Program-made: the position numbers and the translations under genes
Part shown: piece after piece, positions 27,807 to 36,488 of the stretch
How positions within the stretch are numbered: position 1 is the stretch's first letter
Layout: each line of letters starts with the position of its first letter
Notes under the pieces: model-generated
Seen by the model: only the letters and a program-made list of their open reading frames with translations
Told to the model about the DNA's origin: nothing
Databases searched by the model: none
Source of the DNA: Candidatus Hadarchaeota archaeon
Lineage (GTDB): Archaea > Hadarchaeota > Hadarchaeia > Hadarchaeales > Hadarchaeaceae
Direction: 5' to 3'
DNA: 42,833 bases
NCBI GenBank assembly: GCA_040755315.1
Contig: JBFMBF010000008.1
Span: 1-42,833 of the forward strand

Positions 27807-29476
27807 CAGCGCGACAACTTCCTGACGGCCCCGTCTGCCGCCGATGTTACTGTGCGAGAGTAAATAGCCAAGTACCCGTGGCCAGCACGCGGCACCGGCG
27901 CCCTGAACCTCACCAGCCTCCGCTTGAGTTCTGCCGGCGCGACAAGCAGGTCAAGCTTCCTGCGCGGTATGTCTATCAATATCTTGTCGCCCTCCCTGAC
28001 AACCGCGAGCGGCCCCTTCTCAACGGCCTCGGGTGAAACATGACCAATGCACGCACCGCGCGTTCCCCCGGAAAATCGTCCGTCAGTAATAAGCGAGACC
28101 GACTCCGAAAGCCCCATGCTTGTTATCGCCGCCGTCAGTACCAGCATCTCTCTCATCCCCGGCCCGCCCTTCGGTCCTTCTCTCCTGATGACAACGACAT
28201 CCCCCGACCTGATCCTCTTCCCGTGGATAGCTCTCGTCGCATCCTCCTCGCTGTTGAACACTCTGGCCGGCCCGCTATGGCGCAGCATCTTCTGGCTGAC
28301 GCCCGAATACTTCACGACAGAGCCATCGGGTGCAAGGCTCCCATAAAGAACAGCTATCCCACCGTCCCTGTGGTATGGCCTGCCCAGCGGCCTTATCACG
28401 TCGTTGGCTGGCGGTTCCTTTATCAGCCTTAGATTCTCCTTCACTGTGCGGCCGCTGACAGTCAAAGGCGTCCCCCTGATGTGCTTCCCCAGCCTCTTCA
28501 TCAGCGCAGGCACCCCACCAGCCCTCTCGAAGTCGAGCATCGAGTGCGGCCCAACGGGACGCAGATTGCAAACGTTCGGCACCCTCCTCCCAATTCTGTC
28601 AAAAGCATCAAGGCTCAGCTTCAGCCCGGCCTCGTGCGCGATTGCAGGCAGGTGAAGGACTGTGTTGGTCGAGCCGCCCATCGCCATATCCACCACCACT
28701 GCATTCTCGAAAGCCGCCCTCGTCATTATCTTCCTCGGCGTGACTCCATCCTTCAGCAGCTTGACCACCTGGGCGCCGCTCTTCTTGGCGAGCCTGAGCT
28801 TCTTGGCGTCCGTGGCGTGAGCCGCCCCCATCCCCGGCAGCGAGATGCCCAGCGCCTCCCCAAGGCACGCCATGGTGTTCGCGGTGAAAAGCCCCGCACA
28901 CGAGCCGCAGCCAGGGCAGCACGACTGCTCAATCATCCTCGCCTCCTGCTCCGTCATCTTCCCCGCCTTCACGGCCCCGACCGCCTCGAACGCGCTTATG
29001 ACGTCAAGGGACTTCCCTCGGTACTCGCCCGGCAGCATCGGGCCGCCCGTCACCATTATCCCCGGGATGTCCACGCGGGCCATCGCCATCATCATGCCCG
29101 GCACAATCTTGTCGCAACTGGAGACGCAGACGACGGCGTCGAACCTGTGGGCCTCGAGCATCGCCTCCACGCTGTCCGCGACTATTTCCCTCGACGGCAG
29201 CGAGTAACACATCCCCTTCGTGCCCATGGACAGCCCGTCGCAAATTCCAATGGTGTTAAACTCGAACGGGGTGCCTCCTGCCTCCCTGACACCGGCCGCC
29301 ACGGCCTTCCCGACCTCCCTCAGATGAATGTGGCCCGGCACGATGTTGTTGTATGAGTTTGCAATCGCGACAAAGGGGTGCCCGAAGTCCGCGCCCGTCA
29401 GCCCGACCGCCCTCAGAAGGGCCCTGCGAGGAAGGCTCTCGATGCCTTCCACAACCTCGCGACTCCTGAGCTTCAT
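27806..29476 (-). CDS. ilvD: Dihydroxy-acid dehydratase
   Basis: [50 protein letters not shown]. Confidence 0.97.
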   Translation of the reverse strand: MKLRSREVVEGIESLPRRALLRAVGLTGADFGHPFVAIANSYNNIVPGHIHLREVGKAVAAGVREAGGTPFEFNTIGICDGLSMGTKGMCYSLPSREIVADSVEAMLEAHRFDAVVCVSSCDKIVPGMMMAMARVDIPGIMVTGGPMLPGEYRGKSLDVISAFEAVGAVKAGKMTEQEARMIEQSCCPGCGSCAGLFTANTMACLGEALGISLPGMGAAHATDAKKLRLAKKSGAQVVKLLKDGVTPRKIMTRAAFENAVVVDMAMGGSTNTVLHLPAIAHEAGLKLSLDAFDRIGRRVPNVCNLRPVGPHSMLDFERAGGVPALMKRLGKHIRGTPLTVSGRTVKENLRLIKEPPANDVIRPLGRPYHRDGGIAVLYGSLAPDGSVVKYSGVSQKMLRHSGPARVFNSEEDATRAIHGKRIRSGDVVVIRREGPKGGPGMREMLVLTAAITSMGLSESVSLITDGRFSGGTRGACIGHVSPEAVEKGPLAVVREGDKILIDIPRRKLDLLVAPAELKRRLVRFRAPVPRAGHGYLAIYSRTVTSAADGAVRKLSR

Positions 29477-29572
29477 GACCCTGCCTCCGAGAAGGATTCT
29501 GCGCCGGACTATAAATATTCTCGACAGCCGGCTAAGAACTTAACATAGGGTAGGGTGGGAATATGTTGGCAC

Positions 29573-29611
29573 CTGCCGGACAGGAGCGTGGTGGTCAAGC
29601 TGCCGGTTTGA
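29573..29611 (+). repeat. 39-bp dispersed direct repeat, copy 1
   Basis: CTGCCGGACAGGAGCGTGGTGGTCAAGCTGCCGGTTTGA; 35 of 39 bases identical to 34765-34803. Confidence 0.85.
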
Positions 29612-29661
29612 CGAAATCAGGATTTATTATCTAATACGTAAATATCTGATAGGGTAATTTC

Positions 29662-30444
29662 ATGTATCCACGCCCAAAAAGGAGGAAATTCGATTTTAAA
29701 AAAGATAGATCAGCGGAAGTCATTTTAATAATTATTATTGCTATTGGAGTAATATACTATTTCATTTCGGTCGGCGCTATTTTAAAAGCCAACGCTACAT
29801 CTAGCTGGCACGCTACAACTGGAACAATAATTTCATCAAAAGTTGAAACGTATGAATTACCGAGTGGATGAGTTCAAGTCGACACGATAAACTACCGGCC
29901 AGCTATCGTGTACGAATATTCTGTTGATAACGCCATTTACTATGGCAATAATATTGTTTTTCAATCTGGAGAATATGTTTTCCCCCGTTCAAGCGAAGCA
30001 CTGGAAGTAGTAAGCAAATATCCTGCAGGATTGAAAGTAACGGTTTATTATGACTCTGAAAATCCTAGAGATTCTGTACTTGAGGCCGGCAAAGTAAGCT
30101 ATGGTAACCTAATGATGGGGTTTTTAGTGTTTTTAATAGGTACGATTTTTTTATCATTGTTGAGAGGGAAAAAAGCCGTTATTCATGAAATCAGTGCCGA
30201 CTCATCGTCGGACCCAAGGCCGAGCTGGGCAGGGCTGACGAATCTGTTTCGTCTAGCGAGAGACTTTGAAAGAGCGCGGGGGCACCACTGCGATTATCGA
30301 GCCACGAAGGAAACCGTCATACACGCAAATCATACCCTGCATCAGTCACGGACCCCCTATGGAAATATTGATAAGCTAAAAATCTTGATTGTAATAAGCT
30401 ATATGGGGATTACCAGAGGAGTCCAAAGCTATTGCGCTTTGTGA
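29662..30444 (+). pseudogene. DUF3592-like membrane protein interrupted by an in-frame TGA (29869-29871)
   Basis: ORFs at 29662 and 29908 share a frame and join into WHATTGTIISSKV...*VQVDTINYRPAIVYEYSVD...YPAGLKVTVYYDSENPRDSVLE. The 3' end beyond about 30190 looks like unrelated run-on. Confidence 0.72.
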
Positions 30445-30720
30445 GCCAACATTGCCCTCCGAGTCCACGATCTGGATGTCCCAGGAACTCCCCGTCCAGC
30501 GCGCGTACTTGAGGTCATCGTTTGACATATCTTTGTAACTTATGTGGGGGTAGCCCGAAGAGTCTAAAGCTATCGAGTTGAATCTGCCCGTGACACCCGC
30601 AGAGTCAACCGTTTCAATGTGCCACTCTGTCGCTGATGCCGCGACATTGCGTGCAGATGAAATGAAACTGAAAAGTACGCACACAAACAAACCCGCTGCG
30701 ATGGTACGGAGACGTTCCAT
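30376..30720 (-). pseudogene. Truncated paralog of the N-terminal propeller region of the 38086-41481 surface protein
   Basis: Signal peptide plus about two repeats (SIALDSSGYPHISY, NDDLKYARWTGSSWDIQ), then a stop. Confidence 0.75.
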
Positions 30721-30860
30721 GTTACTCCCATTAAAACTGTTTCTCTAGTTTTCAAATAACTATCGGTCGGCCGCACAAGTTTTATTCGGCAGGGCACGAC
30801 AATTCAAACGGGAGATGATGATTCGTGCACACTCGAATCAAGAGTTCCGAGGAGAACCCA

Positions 30861-31496
30861 ATGCATTCGATCTCAAGTTTTAACCGCAACTGTAAAATTA
30901 CTTACTTGTTATCAATCTGCGCGATGATAACTGCTTTGTCGGCAATAGTTGCCACTATTGTGATTGGTTATCCATTATCAACTGTTTACCTATCAATGTT
31001 TGTCGTTCCGTTCGCGACTATATTCGGTCTACTCGGTTATAGATGGGGGAAACTGAGGTTTGCCGTTAGAAAAAATGACGTTGAAAAGAATATTTTAAAA
31101 AAGCCCCTTGCGCGGTTATTCTTATTTGGGATACTTGCATCGGTGACGTCACTTTTTTTGCTTGATTTATTCTTTTTCGGCGACTTTCTCAGTTATTTCA
31201 TAACAGCAGCAAACATGGGCAATCCAGCAAGTCTTGGAGGTATTTTATTACTTTTTTTAGTTATGGCAGAGTTCATTACAATTCTAATTTTTTCAGTCAA
31301 GCTAAAGCCGACCCCAAAAATACCCTTAAAGATAATAAACAGGGCACAAAATTGGCATACAGTAATTATCTTGACAACATATTTCATTTTGGCAGCGTTA
31401 GTTTTTGTATTAAATCCAGTTTACTGGCCACTATTTTTTGTTGCAGGGGTTTTTATTTTAACTTCTGTATTGATAGATACAAAAATAAACACGTAA
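30861..31496 (+). CDS. Orphan AT-rich membrane protein
   Basis: About 6 hydrophobic segments; ATG at 30861 after GAGGAG. Confidence 0.7.
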   Translation: MHSISSFNRNCKITYLLSICAMITALSAIVATIVIGYPLSTVYLSMFVVPFATIFGLLGYRWGKLRFAVRKNDVEKNILKKPLARLFLFGILASVTSLFLLDLFFFGDFLSYFITAANMGNPASLGGILLLFLVMAEFITILIFSVKLKPTPKIPLKIINRAQNWHTVIILTTYFILAALVFVLNPVYWPLFFVAGVFILTSVLIDTKINT

Positions 31497-31613
31497 AAAG
31501 ATGATGGGGGAATGGATGGTGCCGATTTTGGTTGATGAGATTATGCGGATGTACAAAAAACATGGATGGCGCGGATTTCGGATGTTAAATTTTTATTTTG
31601 CGGGGTTGTATAA

Positions 31614-32207
31614 ATGAAAGAAAAAGAAGGGTATGAATTCAAGCAGATATACCCGACTCTCAGCGCCGAATTAAAAATCAGAAGATTTCGCCGTAACTGC
31701 TTGGTAATTCACTTGTTTACAATTGCTTTGTTTGTGGTCGCTGTTTTTTCGATCTTCGTAAGTGCTATCACAAAAAATAAGCATTTTGGGTATTCACCTC
31801 TTGCATTATCTTTTACAGCTTTGTTTTTGTTATTGTATCGTGTTCCGCCAGACAAACCTCGTATTACCACGACTGTCATGGCACATCTTTCTTTCATTTC
31901 TGTCATGGGTTGGGCAATCGTGTTCCTACCGTGGTTCATGGCCGCCGTTCAAAATACGTTTCCTGAACTTTATTTTCTTGTCCCATTGTACGCGGCGTTG
32001 TTGTTTTTTACACCGATTATTATTTTACTGTTGTCTTCACGACCGAGGCTAAACAATTTGAAAGGCGATGATTGGTTGGCAGCAATTAAAGAAATTGAAG
32101 CAGTGCGTAGGCGAAGTGAGTACATAGCAGTAATTTGTTTTATTGGCTTTTTTGTTGTGGTAATTGGTGGCGTCTTTTATGACCACAAGCTGTTTTTAGG
32201 ATTTTGA
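31614..32207 (+). CDS. Orphan AT-rich membrane protein
   Basis: 197 aa with about 5 hydrophobic segments. Confidence 0.7.
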   Translation: MKEKEGYEFKQIYPTLSAELKIRRFRRNCLVIHLFTIALFVVAVFSIFVSAITKNKHFGYSPLALSFTALFLLLYRVPPDKPRITTTVMAHLSFISVMGWAIVFLPWFMAAVQNTFPELYFLVPLYAALLFFTPIIILLLSSRPRLNNLKGDDWLAAIKEIEAVRRRSEYIAVICFIGFFVVVIGGVFYDHKLFLGF

Positions 32208-32396
32208 CGTGAATTAGGTCATACTTCGTAACCTCTCCCATTCCGCAGGCTGCCGTTCTGCAACCCCATTACACAGCTAGGCTGAGTTGAGATGTTATGT
32301 ACTCGACACTAGACACGTCAGAAAGGCCGACAAACGCCTAATCGCGGCGCCCGCCAACAAGACTTTTAGACGGGCCACTACAAGTCGGTCTGGTGG

Positions 32397-33701
32397 ATGA
32401 TGAAGACCGAATGGTACCACGAGTTCATAAACACCAAATACAGGCCACCGAAGTCTGACGTCAAGGTGCTCTTTTACTACGAGCCGGACGCCGGGATAAC
32501 TTCAGAAGACGCGATTGGCAGGATTGCCTCCGAGAGTTCCTCCGGCACCTGGACCACCCTCGCCGAACTCCCGAAGCTTCTGCCGAAAGTGAAAGCATAC
32601 GCATACTGGTACGACAAAAACCTTGTGAAAGTCACCTATCCCCTCCTGATATTTGAGGAGGGCTCGGTCCCTGGAATGATGAGCGGCTTCGGCGGCAACA
32701 TCTTCGGCATGAAGGCGCTGCGGAACCTGAAGCTCCTAGACGCCGAGCTGCCTCTGGATTACCTGAAGCATTTCACGGGCCCCGTCTACGGCAAAGATGT
32801 CATAAAGAAAATCTTCAGGAGGAAGTCCGGGCCGGTCACCTCCGTCGTCCCCAAGCCGAAAATTGGATACACGGCGGCCGAGCACGCGGAGAAGGTGGGC
32901 TACGCCATCTGGAATGGTGGAATGGACTGCGTCAAGGACGATGAAAACCTCACGGACCAGAAGTTCAACAGATTCGAAGAGCGGGTGAAGTTCCTCGCCA
33001 AGTTCAGGGACAAGGCCGAAAATGAAACTGGAGAGGTCAAGGACGCCTTCATCAACGTCACGGCGCCCAACTTCAAGGAACTCGAGAGGCGGGTGAAGCT
33101 CGTCCACGGCCACGGCTTCAGGTACTTCATGATTGATGTTGTCGTCAGCGGCTTCACTGCCGTGCAGACCGCGGCGGAGTTGGCCCATGACTATAAGATG
33201 GCCATCCACGGCCACAGGGCCATGCACGCGATGTTCACGAGGAACCCCAAGCACGGGATGTCGATGCTGTTCACGGCCAAGCTCATGAGGCTGATGGGGA
33301 TTGACCAGCTCCACATCGGCACTGTAGTCGGGAAACTGGCGGGCAGGAAGGACGAGATAGTCGCCACGAAAGAGATGATAACGCAGCGGGCGGTGGACGA
33401 GATTCAAGGCCTGAGGATGCCGCAGAAGTGGGGCGCGATAAAGCCCATGCTGCCGGTCGCCTCTGGCGGGCTCCACCCGGGACTTCTTCCTCAGGTGTTC
33501 GACATCTACGGGACGCTGGACATCGTCGTGCAGGCCGGAGGCGGCACGCAGGGCCACCCCATGGGGATAGAGGCAGGCGCGAGGGCGATCATGCAGGCCA
33601 TCGAGGCATACAAGGAAGGCATAAGCTTGGACGACTACTCAAAAACACACAAGGAGCTGAAGGCGGCCCTCGACAAGTGGGGGTATTCAAAGCCCAAGTA
33701 G
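32397..33701 (+). CDS. rbcL: RuBisCO large subunit, form III type
   Basis: Catalytic set is present: ESSSGTW, GGNIFG, KPK, KDDE, HGHRAMH, QLHIGT, VGKL, ASGG, QAGGG. No small subunit nearby. Confidence 0.93.
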   Translation: MMKTEWYHEFINTKYRPPKSDVKVLFYYEPDAGITSEDAIGRIASESSSGTWTTLAELPKLLPKVKAYAYWYDKNLVKVTYPLLIFEEGSVPGMMSGFGGNIFGMKALRNLKLLDAELPLDYLKHFTGPVYGKDVIKKIFRRKSGPVTSVVPKPKIGYTAAEHAEKVGYAIWNGGMDCVKDDENLTDQKFNRFEERVKFLAKFRDKAENETGEVKDAFINVTAPNFKELERRVKLVHGHGFRYFMIDVVVSGFTAVQTAAELAHDYKMAIHGHRAMHAMFTRNPKHGMSMLFTAKLMRLMGIDQLHIGTVVGKLAGRKDEIVATKEMITQRAVDEIQGLRMPQKWGAIKPMLPVASGGLHPGLLPQVFDIYGTLDIVVQAGGGTQGHPMGIEAGARAIMQAIEAYKEGISLDDYSKTHKELKAALDKWGYSKPK

Positions 33702-33710
33702 GCGAGCCCT

Positions 33711-34652
33711 GTGAAAGAAAAATATAAAGTTGAATTGATAACCTCTGATGAAAAGGCGGAGCTGTTCGAGAAAAATTTCCACCGTTTCCTGTACCACAAC
33801 AAGGCCAACATCTACGGGTGCTGCATCAAGCTTCTCACGGAGATTGAGGACGTGAAGGACAGGTGGGAGGACAACTTCTACACGGCCGACTACGACATCA
33901 GGTCTCACGGGCGGCTCGTGGTGCTGAACGAGGAGGGCGGCGAGATGAGCGTGAAGTACGACCCTTACACCAAGACGGCTTTCCTCACCAACGTCGGCTA
34001 CTACGGGTGGATAAAAAGCATCGCGCTCGCGGTCGCAGGCGACATCCTTGAGGACGAGCACGATGTCTACTCCGTCCACGGTGCCGCGATAGATGTCAAC
34101 GGCGTCGGCGTCTCGATAATCGCGCCTTCAGGCACAGGAAAGACGACAAATTCCTGGGGGCTGCTCAGGCTCCCCGGCTCGAGGCTGGTCACGGACGACT
34201 GGTTCTTCGCGAGGCTGTTCGAGAGGGGGCCGCTGGCGTTCGGCTCAGAGAAGAACTGCTATGTCGAGGCTGACATCGGGAAGGTCTGGGATGAATACGA
34301 GTGGCTTGTGGAGAAGGCCCGCTTCGACGAGAGAGGGAGGGCAATAGTCAACGTGAGATGGATAGTCGGTGGCGGAGGCGTCATCCCGATGCTCACGATG
34401 AGAAAAATAATAATGCTGAAAAGAGATTACAACGACCCGGAGGTAGTCAGGAAATTGGGCCCGGAGGAGGGCTTGGACTACCTGGTCAAGAACGACTTCT
34501 GCAACCCCCACCAACTCGTGAGAGATGAAAGGAAGATGAAACTGAGGAGGAAATTCTTCAAAAATCTTTTTGGCATGACCGAGGTTTACCTCGTAAACAC
34601 CGTGAAGCCGCCGCACGAGATCAACGCAGAAATTTTGAAGCTGATCCAGTAG
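33711..34652 (+). CDS. PEPCK/HPr-kinase-fold P-loop protein
   Basis: SVHGAA, APSGTGKTT, LVTDDW, GSEKNCY, YLVNT; starts 9 bp after the rbcL stop. Confidence 0.75.
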   Translation: MKEKYKVELITSDEKAELFEKNFHRFLYHNKANIYGCCIKLLTEIEDVKDRWEDNFYTADYDIRSHGRLVVLNEEGGEMSVKYDPYTKTAFLTNVGYYGWIKSIALAVAGDILEDEHDVYSVHGAAIDVNGVGVSIIAPSGTGKTTNSWGLLRLPGSRLVTDDWFFARLFERGPLAFGSEKNCYVEADIGKVWDEYEWLVEKARFDERGRAIVNVRWIVGGGGVIPMLTMRKIIMLKRDYNDPEVVRKLGPEEGLDYLVKNDFCNPHQLVRDERKMKLRRKFFKNLFGMTEVYLVNTVKPPHEINAEILKLIQ

Positions 34653-34764
34653 CTCCGGCGCTTATTTTATGTGGGAAAACAACAGTTGCACCGGGGCCGT
34701 GTGGTAGTCCGAGCCCAAAACTTTGGGGCCGTGTATCAAAAAAGGAACTTTTTGATCCGGGACG

Positions 34765-34803
34765 CTGCCGGACGGGAGCGTCGTGCTGAAGCTGCCGGTT
34801 TGA
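34765..34803 (+). repeat. 39-bp dispersed direct repeat, copy 2
   Basis: CTGCCGGACGGGAGCGTCGTGCTGAAGCTGCCGGTTTGA; matches 29573-29611. Confidence 0.85.
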
Positions 34804-34860
34804 TTGAATTTGACGGGACCAAGGCGCATGTGAGGACTCAGTCTGGCTATGTTGATGGTC

Positions 34861-36447
34861 CTACCGCCGCCTCAACCAGAAAACAACGACCACCAATGCT
34901 ACAATGCCCGCCGTTAGCATGGCGATTTGGACTTCATCCAGCGGGAAGTTTTCGACCTGCAAGGTGATCGTCGTTTCATCTGAATACGCGCCGTTTGTGT
35001 AAAGAATTCTCGCCCTGACGGTGTTGGTGCCGTTCGGGACGCTCCGAGAGTTCCAGTCGTGGGACCAGTTGTTTATGTAGCGGGTGGTGTCCATGCCGTA
35101 CCCTCCCCAGGGGTTGTACGATTTTTCAGTTTCCAACTTCAGCGAGGCGGCGTTCTCCCAGCCTTTTCCCCAGTTCAGTTCGACGGCTTGGACGGCGTCG
35201 CCCAAAGCGGCGCCGCTAAGCTTGATGGTGCCAGAGATTTTTAGATTATTAACAAGGTTCTCGATTCTAGGAGGAGGAGTATAATAAGTGTAGAGACCAC
35301 CTGGAAAACCACTTGTGACTGCTTCACCAACATAAATTTTACCATTAGCTATTACTGGAAGACTAGCTGCCATACTGTGTTGCCAAATCACTGCGCCGTT
35401 GTCTGAGGACAACGCGAGAAGTTTTCTGCTTGCTGATGCTATGACAACATTATCGGATACAATAGGCCCCATATGGCCCACATAGTCGCCTTGGCTCTGA
35501 TAACTCCATACCACAGAACCGTTTTCAAGAGATATGGAGTAAATTTTCCCATTTTCTGGAGCATAAGAGTAACTCCCGCCCCCGATAAAAAGTCTACTTC
35601 CAGCTATCGCTGGCGACGAACGTACTGGGTAGTCAAGCAATGTCTTCCATATAATCTCGCCGGTATTGGCATCAAGTGCATGGACGGCCCATGTTTCGCC
35701 TTGTGATTGTCCAGAACCCACATATATTTTCCCATTGACAACTGCGGGTGTGGAATCAATAATCCCACCGGCCTGATAGCTCCAATTTAAATTGCCGTTG
35801 TTTGCGTTCAAAGCGTAAACTTTACCATCCCATGAACCAACGTACACTGTATTGTCTACCACTGTTGGTGAGGCCGTATAAATAATGTAACCAGTTGGGT
35901 AGCGCCATACTAGTTCACCCGTCTCTGCATCAAGCGCATAAATGTTGTTATCTTCCGACCCGAAGAAAACTTTCCCACCGGCGACGGAAGGTGATGAGTT
36001 TATTGACATGTTGAATGGTTTGCTCCAGAGTATATCCCCGTTTTCTTCATTTAGAGAGTAAAACTTTGTGTTTTGATGACCATCCAGCCCGAAGTATATC
36101 CTCCCATCAATAACAGTGGGCGATGAAGTGTGAACTCCATCTTCAAGATCGCGCTTCCATATCTGCATCCCATTTTCTGCATCAAGCGCGTAGAACGCAT
36201 TGTTCCAAGAACCGAAGTAAACTTTGCCATTAACTACTGCTGGCGAGTTCACAACACCACCTCCATCAAATTCCCATAACAGATTCGGTGCCTTGGGTAC
36301 TTTAGAGGTTGTATATCCCGTGTGGGCCAAATCGTGTCGATACATCGGCCAGTCATCGCTTTTTACGCCGCTAGCTGGCGCAGCCAGTGTTAAACTAACC
36401 CAAATCAATAGTAGCAGAGACAAATGTGTTTTATTTTTCATCAACAT
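34861..36447 (-). CDS. Secreted PQQ-like/BamB-type beta-propeller protein with Ig-like domain and C-terminal membrane anchor
   Basis: Signal peptide, WPMYRHD..HTG, repeated SSPAV..GKVYFGS...YALDA.TG..W blades, and a C-terminal TM helix ending in RRR. Confidence 0.85.
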   Translation of the reverse strand: MLMKNKTHLSLLLLIWVSLTLAAPASGVKSDDWPMYRHDLAHTGYTTSKVPKAPNLLWEFDGGGVVNSPAVVNGKVYFGSWNNAFYALDAENGMQIWKRDLEDGVHTSSPTVIDGRIYFGLDGHQNTKFYSLNEENGDILWSKPFNMSINSSPSVAGGKVFFGSEDNNIYALDAETGELVWRYPTGYIIYTASPTVVDNTVYVGSWDGKVYALNANNGNLNWSYQAGGIIDSTPAVVNGKIYVGSGQSQGETWAVHALDANTGEIIWKTLLDYPVRSSPAIAGSRLFIGGGSYSYAPENGKIYSISLENGSVVWSYQSQGDYVGHMGPIVSDNVVIASASRKLLALSSDNGAVIWQHSMAASLPVIANGKIYVGEAVTSGFPGGLYTYYTPPPRIENLVNNLKISGTIKLSGAALGDAVQAVELNWGKGWENAASLKLETEKSYNPWGGYGMDTTRYINNWSHDWNSRSVPNGTNTVRARILYTNGAYSDETTITLQVENFPLDEVQIAMLTAGIVALVVVVFWLRRR

Positions 36448-36488
36448 TCCCTACAATAACTATTTATGGATCCTCGCCTAAATACGTT

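Noticed and set aside
30250..30372. Short frame ETLKERGGTTAIIEPRRK, faintly like a transposase fragment
   Set aside because: Too short, with no catalytic motif or terminal repeat to support it.
34693..34734. GGGGCCGTGT repeated twice; the first copy resembles a tRNA 5' end
   Set aside because: Only 10 bp are repeated and no T arm or 3' acceptor strand follows.
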